This document shows positions 62,961 through 64,000 of a stretch of DNA of 64,000 nt, in pieces. Origin of the DNA: a virus; the UHGV virus genome UHGV-0147904; one strand, written 5' to 3'. A program made the position numbers and the translations under genes. Within the stretch, counting starts at the first letter, position 1; each line of letters starts with the position of its first letter. A model generated the notes under the pieces. The model saw nothing but the letters and a program-made list of their open reading frames with translations. It had not been told where the DNA came from and made no database searches.

Positions 62961-64000
62961 ATGAATGACGTTACAGTTGTTACATCGGTTACTTACCCAT
63001 CACCCGAGTCGTTGGCTCTGGTGGCTGATGTGCAATACCACGAACCATATCTGTCAGCCGCTCTAAACCGAAAATTCAGGGGAATTGTTGACCCGGGATT
63101 TTATGCTGGTTTCTTGCCTAAGCCTGGCGGTGGGATGAACCTGTTAATCACCTCAGTGGATGGAGATAAAACCGCTGGCGCGGCGTCAGTGGATATTGGT
63201 GAATTCTACCAGGTAACTATTCAGCATCGTAAGGATATCTCTCTTGCACTTAACGCAGGCAAGAAATATGCAATTGTGCTGAAGGGAAGATACCTTCTTG
63301 GAGAAGATACCTATCAGGTGAATACCGCGTCACATATTCATGCAGCTGAATTTGTTGCCAGAACCTATACCGATTCATATCAGTTAGGTGATGGGGAACT
63401 GCTGGTTTGTACGGTGAATATCCCTGCTGGCGTATCTACCATTACTCAAGAGATGATTGATACATCCGAGCGTATCAACCGCACGATCGGCATTGATATT
63501 TCAGACTCTGTAACCAGTACCAGAAGTGATGTTGCTGCGAGTTCGCTGGCAGTTAAAAAAGCCTACGATCTGGCGAAAAGCAAGTATACGGCGCAGGATG
63601 CAAGCACAACGCAAAAGGGATTAGTTCAGCTCAGTAGTGCCACTAACAGTACGTCCGAAGTGCTGGCCGCCACACCGAAAGCAGTCAAGGCAGCATATGA
63701 CCTGGCTAACGGGAAGTATACAGCCCAGGATGCAACCACGACACAAAAAGGGATAGTTCAGCTCAGTAGCGACACCAACAGCACTTCTGAAACATTAGCT
63801 GCAACTCCAAAAGCGGTTAAAGCTGCATACGATCTAGCAGCCGGAAAGGCACCATCCAGTCATACACATCCCTGGAATCAGATCACTGGTGTGCCAACAG
63901 CTTCATTGACAGCGAAAGGCATCACTCAGCTCAGTAGTGCTACTGACAGTACGTCCGAAGTGCTGGCCGCCACACCGAAAGCAGTCAAGGCAGCATATGA
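62961..64000 (+). CDS. tail fibre protein, N-terminal part (runs off the window end)
   Basis: Open frame from ATG 62961 to the window end; three ~36-aa repeats TQKG(L/I)VQLSS(A/D)TNSTSE(V/T)LAATPKAVKAAYDLA typical of long tail fibres. Confidence 0.8.
   Translation, partial: MNDVTVVTSVTYPSPESLALVADVQYHEPYLSAALNRKFRGIVDPGFYAGFLPKPGGGMNLLITSVDGDKTAGAASVDIGEFYQVTIQHRKDISLALNAGKKYAIVLKGRYLLGEDTYQVNTASHIHAAEFVARTYTDSYQLGDGELLVCTVNIPAGVSTITQEMIDTSERINRTIGIDISDSVTSTRSDVAASSLAVKKAYDLAKSKYTAQDASTTQKGLVQLSSATNSTSEVLAATPKAVKAAYDLANGKYTAQDATTTQKGIVQLSSDTNSTSETLAATPKAVKAAYDLAAGKAPSSHTHPWNQITGVPTASLTAKGITQLSSATDSTSEVLAATPKAVKAAY

Noticed and set aside
63540-64000. Tandem ~108-bp nucleotide repeats considered as a possible non-coding repeat
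   Set aside because: They are in frame within the tail fibre ORF and encode repeated peptide modules

Overview
The window reads as a near-complete stretch of a P1-like temperate phage-plasmid (Punavirus-type), in reverse orientation relative to the usual P1 map. No integrase, IS element or CRISPR array was found, and nothing was searched against a database; all calls rest on reading the sequence and on recall of the P1 family. Coordinates of features I derived myself (small ORFs, operators, hairpins) may be off by 1-2 bp. Order along the window: cre (partial, minus) and an exact loxP; the ImmC region (coi, c1, C1 operators); pacB/pacA with the GATC-hexamer pac site; lpa; doc/phd; LexA-box-controlled humD; hot; a ~14 kb block of minus-strand early genes of mostly unknown function (paralogous Ea22-like proteins, DUF551-like, ASCH-like, HAD phosphatase, lambda-type Ser/Thr phosphatase, two tandem DUF115/MptE-like paralogs, VRR-NUC-like); a plus-strand block ending in a gpV-like baseplate gene; the C1-controlled ban operon (tRNA-Asn, tRNA-Thr, a ~0.75 kb tRNA-like repeat region, TerB-like tciA, two coupled small membrane ORFs, tRNA-Ile(CAU), ban); the bifunctional methyltransferase dmt and an RdgC homologue; a PAAR-like protein and an embedded Rz/Rz1-like spanin pair; the plasmid replicon (DnaA box, GATC cluster, five iterons, repA, incA-like iterons, parA, parB, parS); putative head, sheath and tube genes; a hok/gef-type type I toxin locus; repL, kilA, ant/icd and the c4 antisense RNA region (ImmI); an AT-rich island of secreted proteins (sim-like); a baseplate/tail cluster with the Sit transglycosylase; and the start of a repeat-rich tail fibre gene. 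The best candidates for something not yet described are the tRNA-like repeat array inside the ban/tRNA operon, the tandem DUF115-like/phosphatase/transferase-like early module, and a chain of translationally coupled micro-ORFs; all three are hypotheses.
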